From Ptychomitrium polyphyllum (taxonomy: Eukaryota): a DNA stretch of 64,000 bases. A model generated the notes under the pieces. The model was not told the origin of the DNA. It saw only the letters and a list, made by a program, of their open reading frames with translations, and ran no database searches. Made by a program: the position numbers and the translations under genes. Where the stretch lies: the NCBI GenBank assembly GCA_973851085.1, contig OZ316776.1, positions 62,001 to 126,000 of the forward strand, read 5' to 3'. Of the stretch, positions 24,437 to 33,993 are shown piece by piece (the stretch's first letter is position 1; every line of letters starts with the position of its first letter).

Positions 24437-25651
24437 ATGCTTTCCACGTTGCAAAAGCTTGAGATTCTGGCCGATGCCGCGAAATACGACGCCTCCTGCG
24501 CGTCGTCCGGCGCGGAAAAGCGCGACTCGAAAAGCGGCGGGATCGGCTCCACCAGCAACGGCATCTGCCATTCCTATACGCCCGACGGCCGTTGCGTCTC
24601 GCTGCTGAAAATCCTGCTGACCAACGCCTGCGTGTTCGACTGCGCATACTGCATCAACCGCCGCTCCTCGAACGTGCAGCGCACCCGCTTCTCGGTGCAG
24701 GAGGTGGTCGATCTCACGCTCAATTTCTACAAGCGCAACTACATCGAGGGGCTGTTCCTCTCCTCCGGCATCATCAAATCGTCCGACTACACGATGGAGT
24801 TGCTGGTCCGCGTCGCCCGCAAGCTGCGCGAGGAGTACGGCTTCCGCGGCTACATCCACCTCAAGAGCATCCCGGACGCCGATCCGGCGCTGATCGCGCA
24901 GGCCGGGCTCTACGCGGATCGGCTCTCGATCAATGTCGAGCTGCCGACCGAGGCCGGGTTGAAAACCTTTGCGCCGGAAAAGCGCACCTCCTCGATCAGG
25001 ACCACGATGGCGAGTTTGAAGCTGCGCATCGCGGAATCGAAAGCAGAGAAAAAAGCGCCGAAATTTTCCCCCGCCGGTCAGGGCACGCAGATGATCGTCG
25101 GCGCCGATGGGGCGAACGACGCCACCATCGTGCACAACGCCTCGTCGCTTTATGCGAGCTATGGCCTCAAACGCATCTACTACTCGGCATTCTCGCCGAT
25201 CCCGGATTCGAGCCGGCTGCTCCCGTTGAAAGCCGCGCCGCTGCAGCGCGAGCACCGGCTCTATCAGGCCGACTGGCTGTATCGCTTTTACGGATTTTCC
25301 GCCGACGAGATTGCCGACAGCATGGACGGCGGCATGCTCGATCTCGACGTGGATCCGAAACTCGCCTGGGCCTTGCGAAATCGCGCGCGCTTCCCAATTA
25401 ACGTGAACACGGCCGCGCGCGAAGAGCTGCTGCGCATCCCGGGACTGGGTTCAAAAACCGTCAACCGGATCATCGTCGCCCGAAGGCATCGAACCCTTCG
25501 GCTCGACGACCTTGCGCGCCTGTCCGGAGCAATCCGCCGCGCGCGGCCGTTTCTCATCGCGGCGGATTATGCGCCGGTCGCAGAGCACACCTCCGCAAAA
25601 TTGCGCGCCGCGCTTGCGGCGCCGCCCGAACAACTCTCGCTATTTGCATGA
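24437..25651 (+). CDS. Putative DNA modification/repair radical SAM protein (TIGR03916-type) with a C-terminal helix-hairpin-helix
   Basis: KLEILADAAKYDASCASSG, GICHSYTPDGRCVSLLKILLTNACVFDCAYC (CxxxCxxC at 24629-24652), NYIEGLFLSSG, REHRLYQADWL, HhH INVNTAAREELLRIPGLG and C-terminal EQLSLFA. Confidence 0.92.
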   Translation: MLSTLQKLEILADAAKYDASCASSGAEKRDSKSGGIGSTSNGICHSYTPDGRCVSLLKILLTNACVFDCAYCINRRSSNVQRTRFSVQEVVDLTLNFYKRNYIEGLFLSSGIIKSSDYTMELLVRVARKLREEYGFRGYIHLKSIPDADPALIAQAGLYADRLSINVELPTEAGLKTFAPEKRTSSIRTTMASLKLRIAESKAEKKAPKFSPAGQGTQMIVGADGANDATIVHNASSLYASYGLKRIYYSAFSPIPDSSRLLPLKAAPLQREHRLYQADWLYRFYGFSADEIADSMDGGMLDLDVDPKLAWALRNRARFPINVNTAAREELLRIPGLGSKTVNRIIVARRHRTLRLDDLARLSGAIRRARPFLIAADYAPVAEHTSAKLRAALAAPPEQLSLFA

Positions 25652-27099
25652 GCCGTGGATTTCTCGACGAGAAACTCTATCGAGTCGCCCTGCCGCGTGA
25701 GGACGCGTTCACGGACTTCCGCGATGCCGCGCGCGGCCTGATCGGCGCGGAAATCTCGCCTGCCGACGTGACATGGAGCGTGCGCGGCGGTGATCTGTTC
25801 GGCGGACGCGCTCCGCCAGCCGGCGGCGCGGCGTTCAGCGTGCCCGCGGCTTACGTGCCGCTTGCCAGTGCCGTGGTGTGTCATCACGATCGTGAGCGCT
25901 TTGCGCTGCTGTACCAATTGTTGTGGCGCGTCACGCATGGTGAGCGTGAACTGCTTTCGATCGCTTCAGACCCGCTGACGCATCGGCTCGAGCGGATGGC
26001 CAAGGCGGTGCGGCGCGATGCCCACAAGATGACGGCGTTCGTTCGCTTCCGGCAGATCGCCGATGACGCCGGAGAACATTACGTCGCGTGGTTTGAGCCC
26101 GAGCATCACATTTTGCGCCGCGTATCGGACTTTTTCATCGGCCGCTTTGCCGCGATGCGCTGGTCGATTTTGACGCCCGACGGCGCGATGCACTGGGACA
26201 CCAGGGAACTGAGCTTTACCGATGGCGTTTCCAAAGCGGACGCGCCCGCCGGCGATGCTCTGGAAGATTGGTGGCGCACATATTATCGCGCGACCTTCAA
26301 TCCGGCGCGCGCCAACCTCGACGCAATGCGGGCGGAAATGCCGAAGAAATACTGGCGCAACATGCCTGAAGCTGAGTTGATACCGGGGCTGCTTGCCGAA
26401 GCCGGCGAGCGTACGCGCGCGATGGTGGCCGAAGCGCCGACCGCGCCGCGCAAGGCAAAGGGCATCGAGATGCCGCAACACGAGCAAGCGGATTTCTCCA
26501 GTGTCAGCGCCGCGCGCAAGGCCGCCGAGCATTGCGAGCGCTGCCCGCTTTACAAAAATGCGACGCAAACTGTGTTCGGCGAAGGTCCCGTGCATGCGCG
26601 CCTTGTGTTCGTCGGCGAACAGCCGGGCGATCAGGAGGATTTGCAGGGCAAGCCGTTTGTCGGACCCGCAGGCCAGATGTTCGATCGCGCGCTGGAAGAG
26701 GCCGGCATCGACCGCAAGCTAGTTTACGTGACGAACGCCGTGAAGCACTTCAAGTTTGAGCCGCGCGGCAAGCGCCGCATCCACCAGAAGCCGAACAATC
26801 ACGAGATCGATGCCTGCCGCTGGTGGCTCGATAACGAACTGGAGCTGCTCAAGCCGCAATTAACCGTGGCGCTTGGCGCGAGCGCGGCACGCGCACTCAC
26901 CGGTCGCGATCAAACGATTTCGCGAACGCGCGGCAGGCTGATGACGCTGCGCGGCGGGATCGAGGGATTCATTACTGTGCATCCGTCGTTCTTATTGCGT
27001 CTGCCGGACGCCGCGTCGAAGGAGCGCGAATACGCAAACTTCGTGCGCGACCTGCGGCTGGTGGGCGAGCACCTGCCCGAAGTACGCAAGGCCGCTTAG
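25648..27099 (+). CDS. udgX: Fusion of an N-terminal DUF4130 (TIGR03915-type) domain and a C-terminal UdgX uracil-DNA-binding domain
   Basis: N-part: VRRDAHKMTAFVRF, WFEPEHHIL, WSILTPD, FNPARAN..MRAEMPKKYWRNMPEA. C-part: CERC, GEQPGDQED, VKHFKF, GKRRIHQKP (26770-26784), IDAC, TVHPS. ATGA overlap with the upstream stop. Confidence 0.92.
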   Translation: MSRGFLDEKLYRVALPREDAFTDFRDAARGLIGAEISPADVTWSVRGGDLFGGRAPPAGGAAFSVPAAYVPLASAVVCHHDRERFALLYQLLWRVTHGERELLSIASDPLTHRLERMAKAVRRDAHKMTAFVRFRQIADDAGEHYVAWFEPEHHILRRVSDFFIGRFAAMRWSILTPDGAMHWDTRELSFTDGVSKADAPAGDALEDWWRTYYRATFNPARANLDAMRAEMPKKYWRNMPEAELIPGLLAEAGERTRAMVAEAPTAPRKAKGIEMPQHEQADFSSVSAARKAAEHCERCPLYKNATQTVFGEGPVHARLVFVGEQPGDQEDLQGKPFVGPAGQMFDRALEEAGIDRKLVYVTNAVKHFKFEPRGKRRIHQKPNNHEIDACRWWLDNELELLKPQLTVALGASAARALTGRDQTISRTRGRLMTLRGGIEGFITVHPSFLLRLPDAASKEREYANFVRDLRLVGEHLPEVRKAA

Positions 27100-27128
27100 C
27101 GGTTTGCCCGCGGGTTCTTGTTTACTTA

Positions 27129-27258
27129 CCCCTCACCCGGCTCCGCTTCGCCACCCGCTCTCGCGGGGCGAGGGAAGCAGGAGAGATTGCGCTCTTTTTT
27201 TTCCTTCTCCCCGTGGAACGGGGAGAGGGTGCCGAGCGAATGCGAGGCGGGTGAGGGG
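27129..27258. repeat. REP/RIME-like palindromic element downstream of udgX (possible terminator role)
   Basis: ccctcacccg...cgggtgaggg outer inverted repeat with inner hairpins; same family as 22350-22483. Confidence 0.7.
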
Positions 27259-28239
27259 CCGCTTCCTGGGCACCGAAAATAAGTTATCCCCGGTCTAAAA
27301 TCCTATGATAGGATAGATTTAATGAATAATAAATTTTAAATACAAAACTAGGTGCACATAGATCCATGATTGAAAAAAAAAAATGTAACAATTAAGAATA
27401 TAAGTTAATGTTCTATTTTTATTTTATATTTCATAAAATCCTTCAATAAAAAATAGCTTTGGTTTTGAATAACCTAATTAGGTGAATCTTATTAGTAAAT
27501 AACCTTATTTATATTCTTTTGTTGAAAGTATATATTATATTGAAATGAACCTTGTTATTGCATATAAAGACCATAGTAGAAAATTACAATGATGTTTAAT
27601 TTCAACTTTGTATTATTTAATTTGAAATGCTAGCAAAGTTATATTTTCCTACTAATAAACATTTCCATATATTTGTTAGATTTATTTACAAATGATAAAT
27701 CATATACAAGAAGATCAATTATACCATAAGAAATTTAATAATAAGAATTTTTAAACAAAATATTTTAAAGACCATCATATTTTATTTTTTTATCCTATAC
27801 TATTTTTTATTTTATTTTTAAATTATAAGCTTTATTTAAAAATCAAAATAATAATACAAAAATAAATATCTTTTTATAAAGTAGCCAATGTACAAAGTAT
27901 TAAAAAAGTCCAACTAAAGGCTTTTAAAAGACCAAGGGCCAAAACACTGTAACACAATCTCGAACAATTAAATTTGTGATGGTATGAGAAGAATTTTTCA
28001 AATTGAAATTTTATTTTTATTATTGCAATAATACATGCAATAGCTTTAAAAGATTTGAAATTTGTTATTAACTATTAGAAGCTATTGACTAAAGATTTGG
28101 CCGATTTATAAACTTGCCACATATCTTAATGTAATTTTTGCCTATTCATTAAACTTTCATTCTTTGATTATAATACTAATAGATTTTGTTTAACAAAAAG
28201 TTTCAAGATTTTGTTAATAAACAACAAATATTAAGATTA

Positions 28240-29893
28240 ATTATTAGTTATTATGGTTGGTAACTACCAAGTAGTTAAAGACTTGGTAGTTCTTTAATTG
28301 ATAATAACTATCAAGAAAATGGCAATCTAGACAAACTATCAAGAAACTGGTAGTTTATAAATGATGTAGTTGATATTAGTGAATAGAAGAGACATGGTAT
28401 TTGTCGCAACCCTTGTAATGCACCTTAACAAGCGTCACGCGTCAACCCTGTACACCCCCACATGCACATGATTAACCTACATTCTCACTCTCCAAGTCTT
28501 TCTATCATTTCTCTTAGGACACCCAATTTATTAGTAGCCAATGGTTAGGTGCGAACTTCCATTCATGTCCAAGGCCTCACTTGGTTTTACTTCCATTCCA
28601 CACGGCCTAACTGCACTTAGTAGTGTTTCCTCACTACCACTCATGATCCCCATATGGTCCTAAGATCACCCCGGGCCATCATAGTGCCGATGTGAAGACA
28701 CCACCCCAACTTAGTAGTAGCACGCGTGCCTTTATTATCTCACTAGTTCCCTTTGTGAAACCGGCCATCCACTGGCTCACAATGGGATGGGAGTCCCCGT
28801 GGTGAAGCCCCAACACTAGCTCTATCAACCGGGACTCATCCTTGATTCCTCTTGAAACAATAGGGGAGTGGGGAGGGGGACCAACCCTCCCCTATAGTAC
28901 TCTCTGTGGGATTCAGCAAGCCCCCTGGCCCTCTGTAGCTGGCTAAACTCCGACACACCTAAAGTTTTGGAAGACCACCCGATCTCCCTTGGGACTTAGC
29001 CGCTGGAAGCCTTCGGGACTCCCAGCGGACCTTCAGGGAGCCATATCTTCCTCATCCGGTGCCCGAATGTATCAAGCAACCACTTTATTGTCATCTATTC
29101 TTTGCGTAGATGCTGATAGACTCCTCAAACATCCGATTTGAGTTAGTATTGTGAGAGATACGCCTCTCCTAAGGTTCGGGACTCCCGGGGAGTCCCTCTC
29201 TGGACTGTCCCACTGCAATATAGTCACTGTGTAGAGCTGCCACACTCCAGAACAGCCCCTTGGCAACCCCAACTTTGGGATGCCATAACTTTTAGCTCCC
29301 TTGTCCGATTTGGGCAATCTTTAGCATTCTGGAATCAGCTCTTCGTGATTCTTCCAATGCTCACAATTTATCTCTCGTGGCCCTCGGTCTACATGAGCAA
29401 GGATATTTCTCCCCCTAGAGATCCTTCTTACGCTAGGCCCACTTGGTTCCCCTCACTATCGGCGCCACAAGTCCCGGATGTCACTTCAGGGTCTCCTTTG
29501 TGCCCTTAGTGTTGCGGGCACTCCTTAAGAAGAGGTGCGCAACAGTACTTCTACAAACCAAACTATAGAAACATTTTAAACTTACTATAATGAAAGAATA
29601 TATATAAGAGTTATGATACACTAAAACATGATCGATGCATAATCCAAGTTTGAATTGTACAACCTAATTAATAGAAACAACAAGATACAATACACCTTTA
29701 ATTTTCTTAGTTGAAGGCTTAAATATTATTTTTCAAATCCTATAATAGTGGATCTACATCCTTTGTTTAAATTTAATAAACTACTATTATTATCCAACAA
29801 TTATTGTTGGAGGATGTTTGATAGTATTGATTGGAGAAGATCAGTAGAGAAAGTTTGATAGTACCAAATATAACACCCAATAGGCTAATAACA
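28240..29893 (-). mobile_element. Degenerate LTR (family of 2830-3390) split by a nested solo LTR
   Basis: The reverse complement of 29545-29893 aligns with 2830 onward, and that of ~28240-28300 with the end of the same LTR. Confidence 0.55.
28402..29544. mobile_element. Solo LTR (~1.14 kb) of a third retrotransposon family
   Basis: GC-richer block bounded by TGTCGCA...GCAACA with flanks GTATT / GTACT (4 of 5 TSD match); no coding domain inside. Confidence 0.65.
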
Positions 29894-32800
29894 CTAGCCA
29901 TTGGAACTTTACAGGTGTAATAAAGGTTATAAAGGCACTTTCTTGCACTCTTTTAATCATTTATTTAATTTTTTTTTTTTTTATTGGAACCTAAAAAATA
30001 TATGTGGAATAAAGTGGAGATATGGTAGAACAATTGTATTTTAATACTAACAAAGATACTATTGTATTAAAATTATTAATAAAATACATTTATAAACTTG
30101 TATCATCTAATTAGGTGTTTCTAAAAGTCTTATGACTATAGAGCCTTTCTAACAAACAATCAATTATTTGTAATAGATCCAACTAAGAAGTGTTTTGTGT
30201 GGCAAAACTTTCCTCATCATAAGTTCCTATTGGCCAACATGTCAAAAATTTCATGCACTAGCCTTCTTAGCAAAATGACTCAATATATAGGTAGAATAGT
30301 TGTGACAATTTTTGAAGAAAAATGAGAGGAATCTTGGAGATGTAAAGGGGATTCCATCTAGACGTTTGGAGGAGGTTACACCTTCTAAGTCACAGCAGAG
30401 TCTCAAGGTGATTACCAGATTCATAGTCATTGCAATTGATATTGTATTCATAGTCAAATGGTCCTTATTTGGCCTCCTAAGCATAACAGTTCACAGCCGT
30501 GGCTCTTCCAATCCATAAATTATCAATGTAGAGAAGCCAAAACAGAGCCATAAATTGGTACATATTGCTACCATATGTCTAGACATTTGAAGACTTCCAA
30601 TTGTGTCATCTAGCAAGTGCTTGACAAAGTACCAAAACCAAGAAAGTTACTCTAATCACATCTGCAATTCTTCTGCCACCTCATCTGGTTGACCTTGCTC
30701 TAATTCTCATTGTGGGGTGATTGGACTGATCTCACACATGGTAATCAATGAACCAGTTTTGGCAAGGAGCACAAATGGGAGAAGTACTTTGGCAATCAGC
30801 ATGTCGAGCCTAATGGATGATTTTCTCAACTACCATGTTGACAAAGTTCATGGCTAAAAAAAGGTCATCTACAAGCATAACAGTGATGGCTTCAACAGCA
30901 ACATCACTCCCAACAAGGAGGAGCATACCTGAGAGAACCATCACAAGAAGGTCTTTGAAGTACCAAGAGAAAAATGTGCTAGAGATGCCAACCACAGAGG
31001 CAGGGAGACCCATGGTGCAAGCTACAGGCTTGTGACTTTCATTTTGCCACAAAAGGAAGTGGAAGTTATTCTATTCTACTGGTAGAACCTGTCAACCAAT
31101 CTCATGCTGGAAGTATATGTAAAGCCGCAGAACCATAGGGGCTTGAGGTAGATAGAGAGAGCTGATGATATGCATATAGTCAAAACTAGCTTTGATATAC
31201 ATGATGCACCATGCTCTAGTGACATAGGATCTTTCATTCTTCCTCACTCAAGTCAATGGTGCAGAATAATACTGGGAGGAGCTATACCTAGAAAAGATAG
31301 ACCTCTGGCAAATGAAAACAAAGTTTAAATGACTGGATGCGGACATGGATGGCCTGAGCAATGAAAAAGATAAACCATAGCAGTTGTGAACTCCATTACA
31401 CCAGTGTAAAGGCTTGACCTCAAAGGTCCCTAAAAATATCCTATCAGAAACTATTATTTTGCAATGTATACAATGACATTTCTTTAACTAATGATTTCAT
31501 TATTATAATTACAACAAGCCACTTAGACTATACTCCCAGTTTTACTTACATCAATTTAAACGCAAAATATGAAAAGTGAAAAGTATTATAAGTTTTGCTT
31601 AGAGGTAATTAAGGAAGCTAAGGTATCTATAATTATCATAACAGTAAGTGCAACAAAAGTCTTATAAATTTGAATATATCAACTTCTAAAATGAGTTCCA
31701 AAACAACCTTAGAGGATTAACAAATTATGGGTGAAATTATCTTTTTTATTAATTCAATGTTTTTAAAGTATTTATTCAATTATAATTTAGTTCAATAATG
31801 AATTAATCTTACCTTTTCTTTTTCTTTTTCATTATTTCAATAAAATTTGAGTATATAATTTATACAAATACATGTGATTACACTAACATCTCATTAAGCC
31901 ATTGTTTTACAATAATGATTTTGTAGTATTTATCTAAATTTGATAATTGATTTGTACTACATGATGTACTAAATAAATGAAATTTGATGAATTGGTAAAA
32001 TTATCATCATTTACATAAAGTCTTTTGATCCAATGGTTACAAATATCCTAAATATTTACAAAATATTCTTTTTTTCACCTCTATACATTCTAAACTTATA
32101 GTATAGTACGTCCAAGGTCTTAAATGAACATTTGGGCTAGTATATTTTACTATAAAGTACTTTTAAAGCCTACAAATGTCTAATAAATATTGCCACCATT
32201 GTTTGGCATGACATGCCTTTAAAATAGATGAATTAATGAAAGTCAATACAAAATATTATTTTAAAATCTTATTTTGGAATTGTGTGCAAATGAAAATTGT
32301 AGGTTTCAAATTTTAGTTCCTATTATTATGGTTATGTTACCAATTCTATTAATAATAAATTCTTACAAGTTTTGAAACTTCAAATTTTAGATTTCTTATA
32401 AATCAATTACATACAAAATATCAAGAATTTTTTTTAGCAAAATTGGATAAATGTATTTGATATAAGATTTTCATAATGTGGTAGTTTTTGAAATTGTTGT
32501 AAAGCTTACATTAGTGATTTCATTTTTCTATGGTCACTATTGAATTGAAACCAATGCAAAATTGGCTTGATCAAATTCTCATTCACTTCTACTTTTATAA
32601 TTGTAGTGAAGTTTATATTCTTATAAAAATCAATTAAACTATTGGAAAAAAAGTAGCTTGATGAACTATCTTTAAGGAAATATTTTGCAATAGATAGGCG
32701 CATGAAAAAAGGAGTTTAAAGGTTAAAATTTGACATAAATATAAAACCAATTAAAATGGCCTTTACAACTAGGATTCTTATAAATATTAATATTTACAAG

Positions 32801-33566
32801 AATGTTAAACATTTAAACTTTGGAAATGTTAGTTTGTGGGTATTCATATACATATTAGAATCTAACTATATAAAATTTAAAAATCTATTAAAAGTTTCTT
32901 TTTTTTAGTAGGATACATCTTTAGAATGAAACTTAAGATGAGAGGTTAAAATTATAATTATTAATATAAATTAAACAAATATTATGCATAAGGGTCCAAT
33001 ATTTGTTATTATAGAATTTGAAATATTATGTACTTGAGGTGCAACATGGTAATACGCTACAAAATGTTATGTACTAGAGAATAAGTGGAACAAAGCGGCT
33101 TTTGGCTACTAGTGAGGCCTTTGGAAGCCTTGAAGTTAAAACTAACTTTATCTAATCCTCTATCTAGTTTTGAGATAGTTTTTCTATGGATTCAAATACA
33201 TATTTGAATACAATATGTTCCTACTTTTGAAACATGATAATGTAGTAATAATTGTAAGTTACTACATCTTCTACTTCCTTTTCTTATATGTCAAGCTAAT
33301 TCAACTTCCGTAAACAATTCCAACTTCCAAGTACACTTGCCCTTCCTACATGCCAGTTGTAACAAAAGGTGCCATGGTATGGTTTTATTTTGAAATGTGA
33401 CAAAGTGTGCAATTTGGGAGGGAATCTCTGGCCAATTGGGGGCGGGGGGGAGAATGGGCATCTATGCCTGCTTGCCTGTACATTGCAACAACAAGCAGGG
33501 TGGAGAGAGTGAGACTCGGTAGGTGGGTGCACTGGAGCTGTTTACCGACAGCGTGGCCACCAGGAG

Positions 33567-33601
33567 CGGGGCGGGGCGGGGCGGGGCGGGGCGGGGCGGG
33601 G
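33567..33601 (+). repeat. (CGGGG)7 microsatellite upstream of the Deltex-like gene
   Basis: Read directly from the sequence. Confidence 0.95.
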
Positions 33602-33993
33602 CTGGGTCATGTCGGCCATGGCGCCGTGCCTTGCCTGGCGTTGCGTCTCGCTTACGTTTCCCTTTTGTCCCGCTCTCTCTCTGTCGGCAAGCGTCTTGGG
33701 CTTTGCACCCTGTTGGTAAGAAAGTTAACCTTAGTTGCAAGTAATCATCATTGCCATCATCGCCATCACCATCGCCAGAAGTTCTTGACAGCTTTGGGTC
33801 GAAATCTTTGGGCTCAAAGTGTTGCGCACTGGCACTGCACTGCAGCTGACTTCCAGGTTGAGTGAATCGTAAGTTAAATCCCACAAACTAAACACGCTCC
33901 CGCATACACAAGTTGGTCGGCTTGGCTGCAATTACCCTGCGCTTAGGGTTTGGCTGCACGCCCGGCTGGATTCTCCGTCACCTGTTGCGTGCT

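Larger units (their letters stand above)
19966..27297. other. Alphaproteobacterial (Hyphomicrobiales/Rhizobiales-like) genomic block inside a plant scaffold
   Basis: Abrupt switch to high GC, six tightly packed intronless intact genes, overlapping start/stop codons, SD motifs, an alphaproteobacterial LexA box and REP-like palindromes. Abrupt return to AT-rich DNA at ~27295. Confidence 0.95.

Noticed and set aside
20235..26595. Long antisense or alternate-frame ORFs in the bacterial block (e.g. 20235-21209, 21737-22762, 23287-24396, 24383-25255)
   Set aside because: Shadow ORFs caused by high GC and codon bias, overlapping well-supported genes; no motifs.
19966..27297. Bacterial block as T-DNA, prophage or integrative element; CCGG near both ends as a ligation scar
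   Set aside because: No borders, integrase or att sites, and the content is housekeeping. CCGG is too frequent in GC-rich DNA to be informative.
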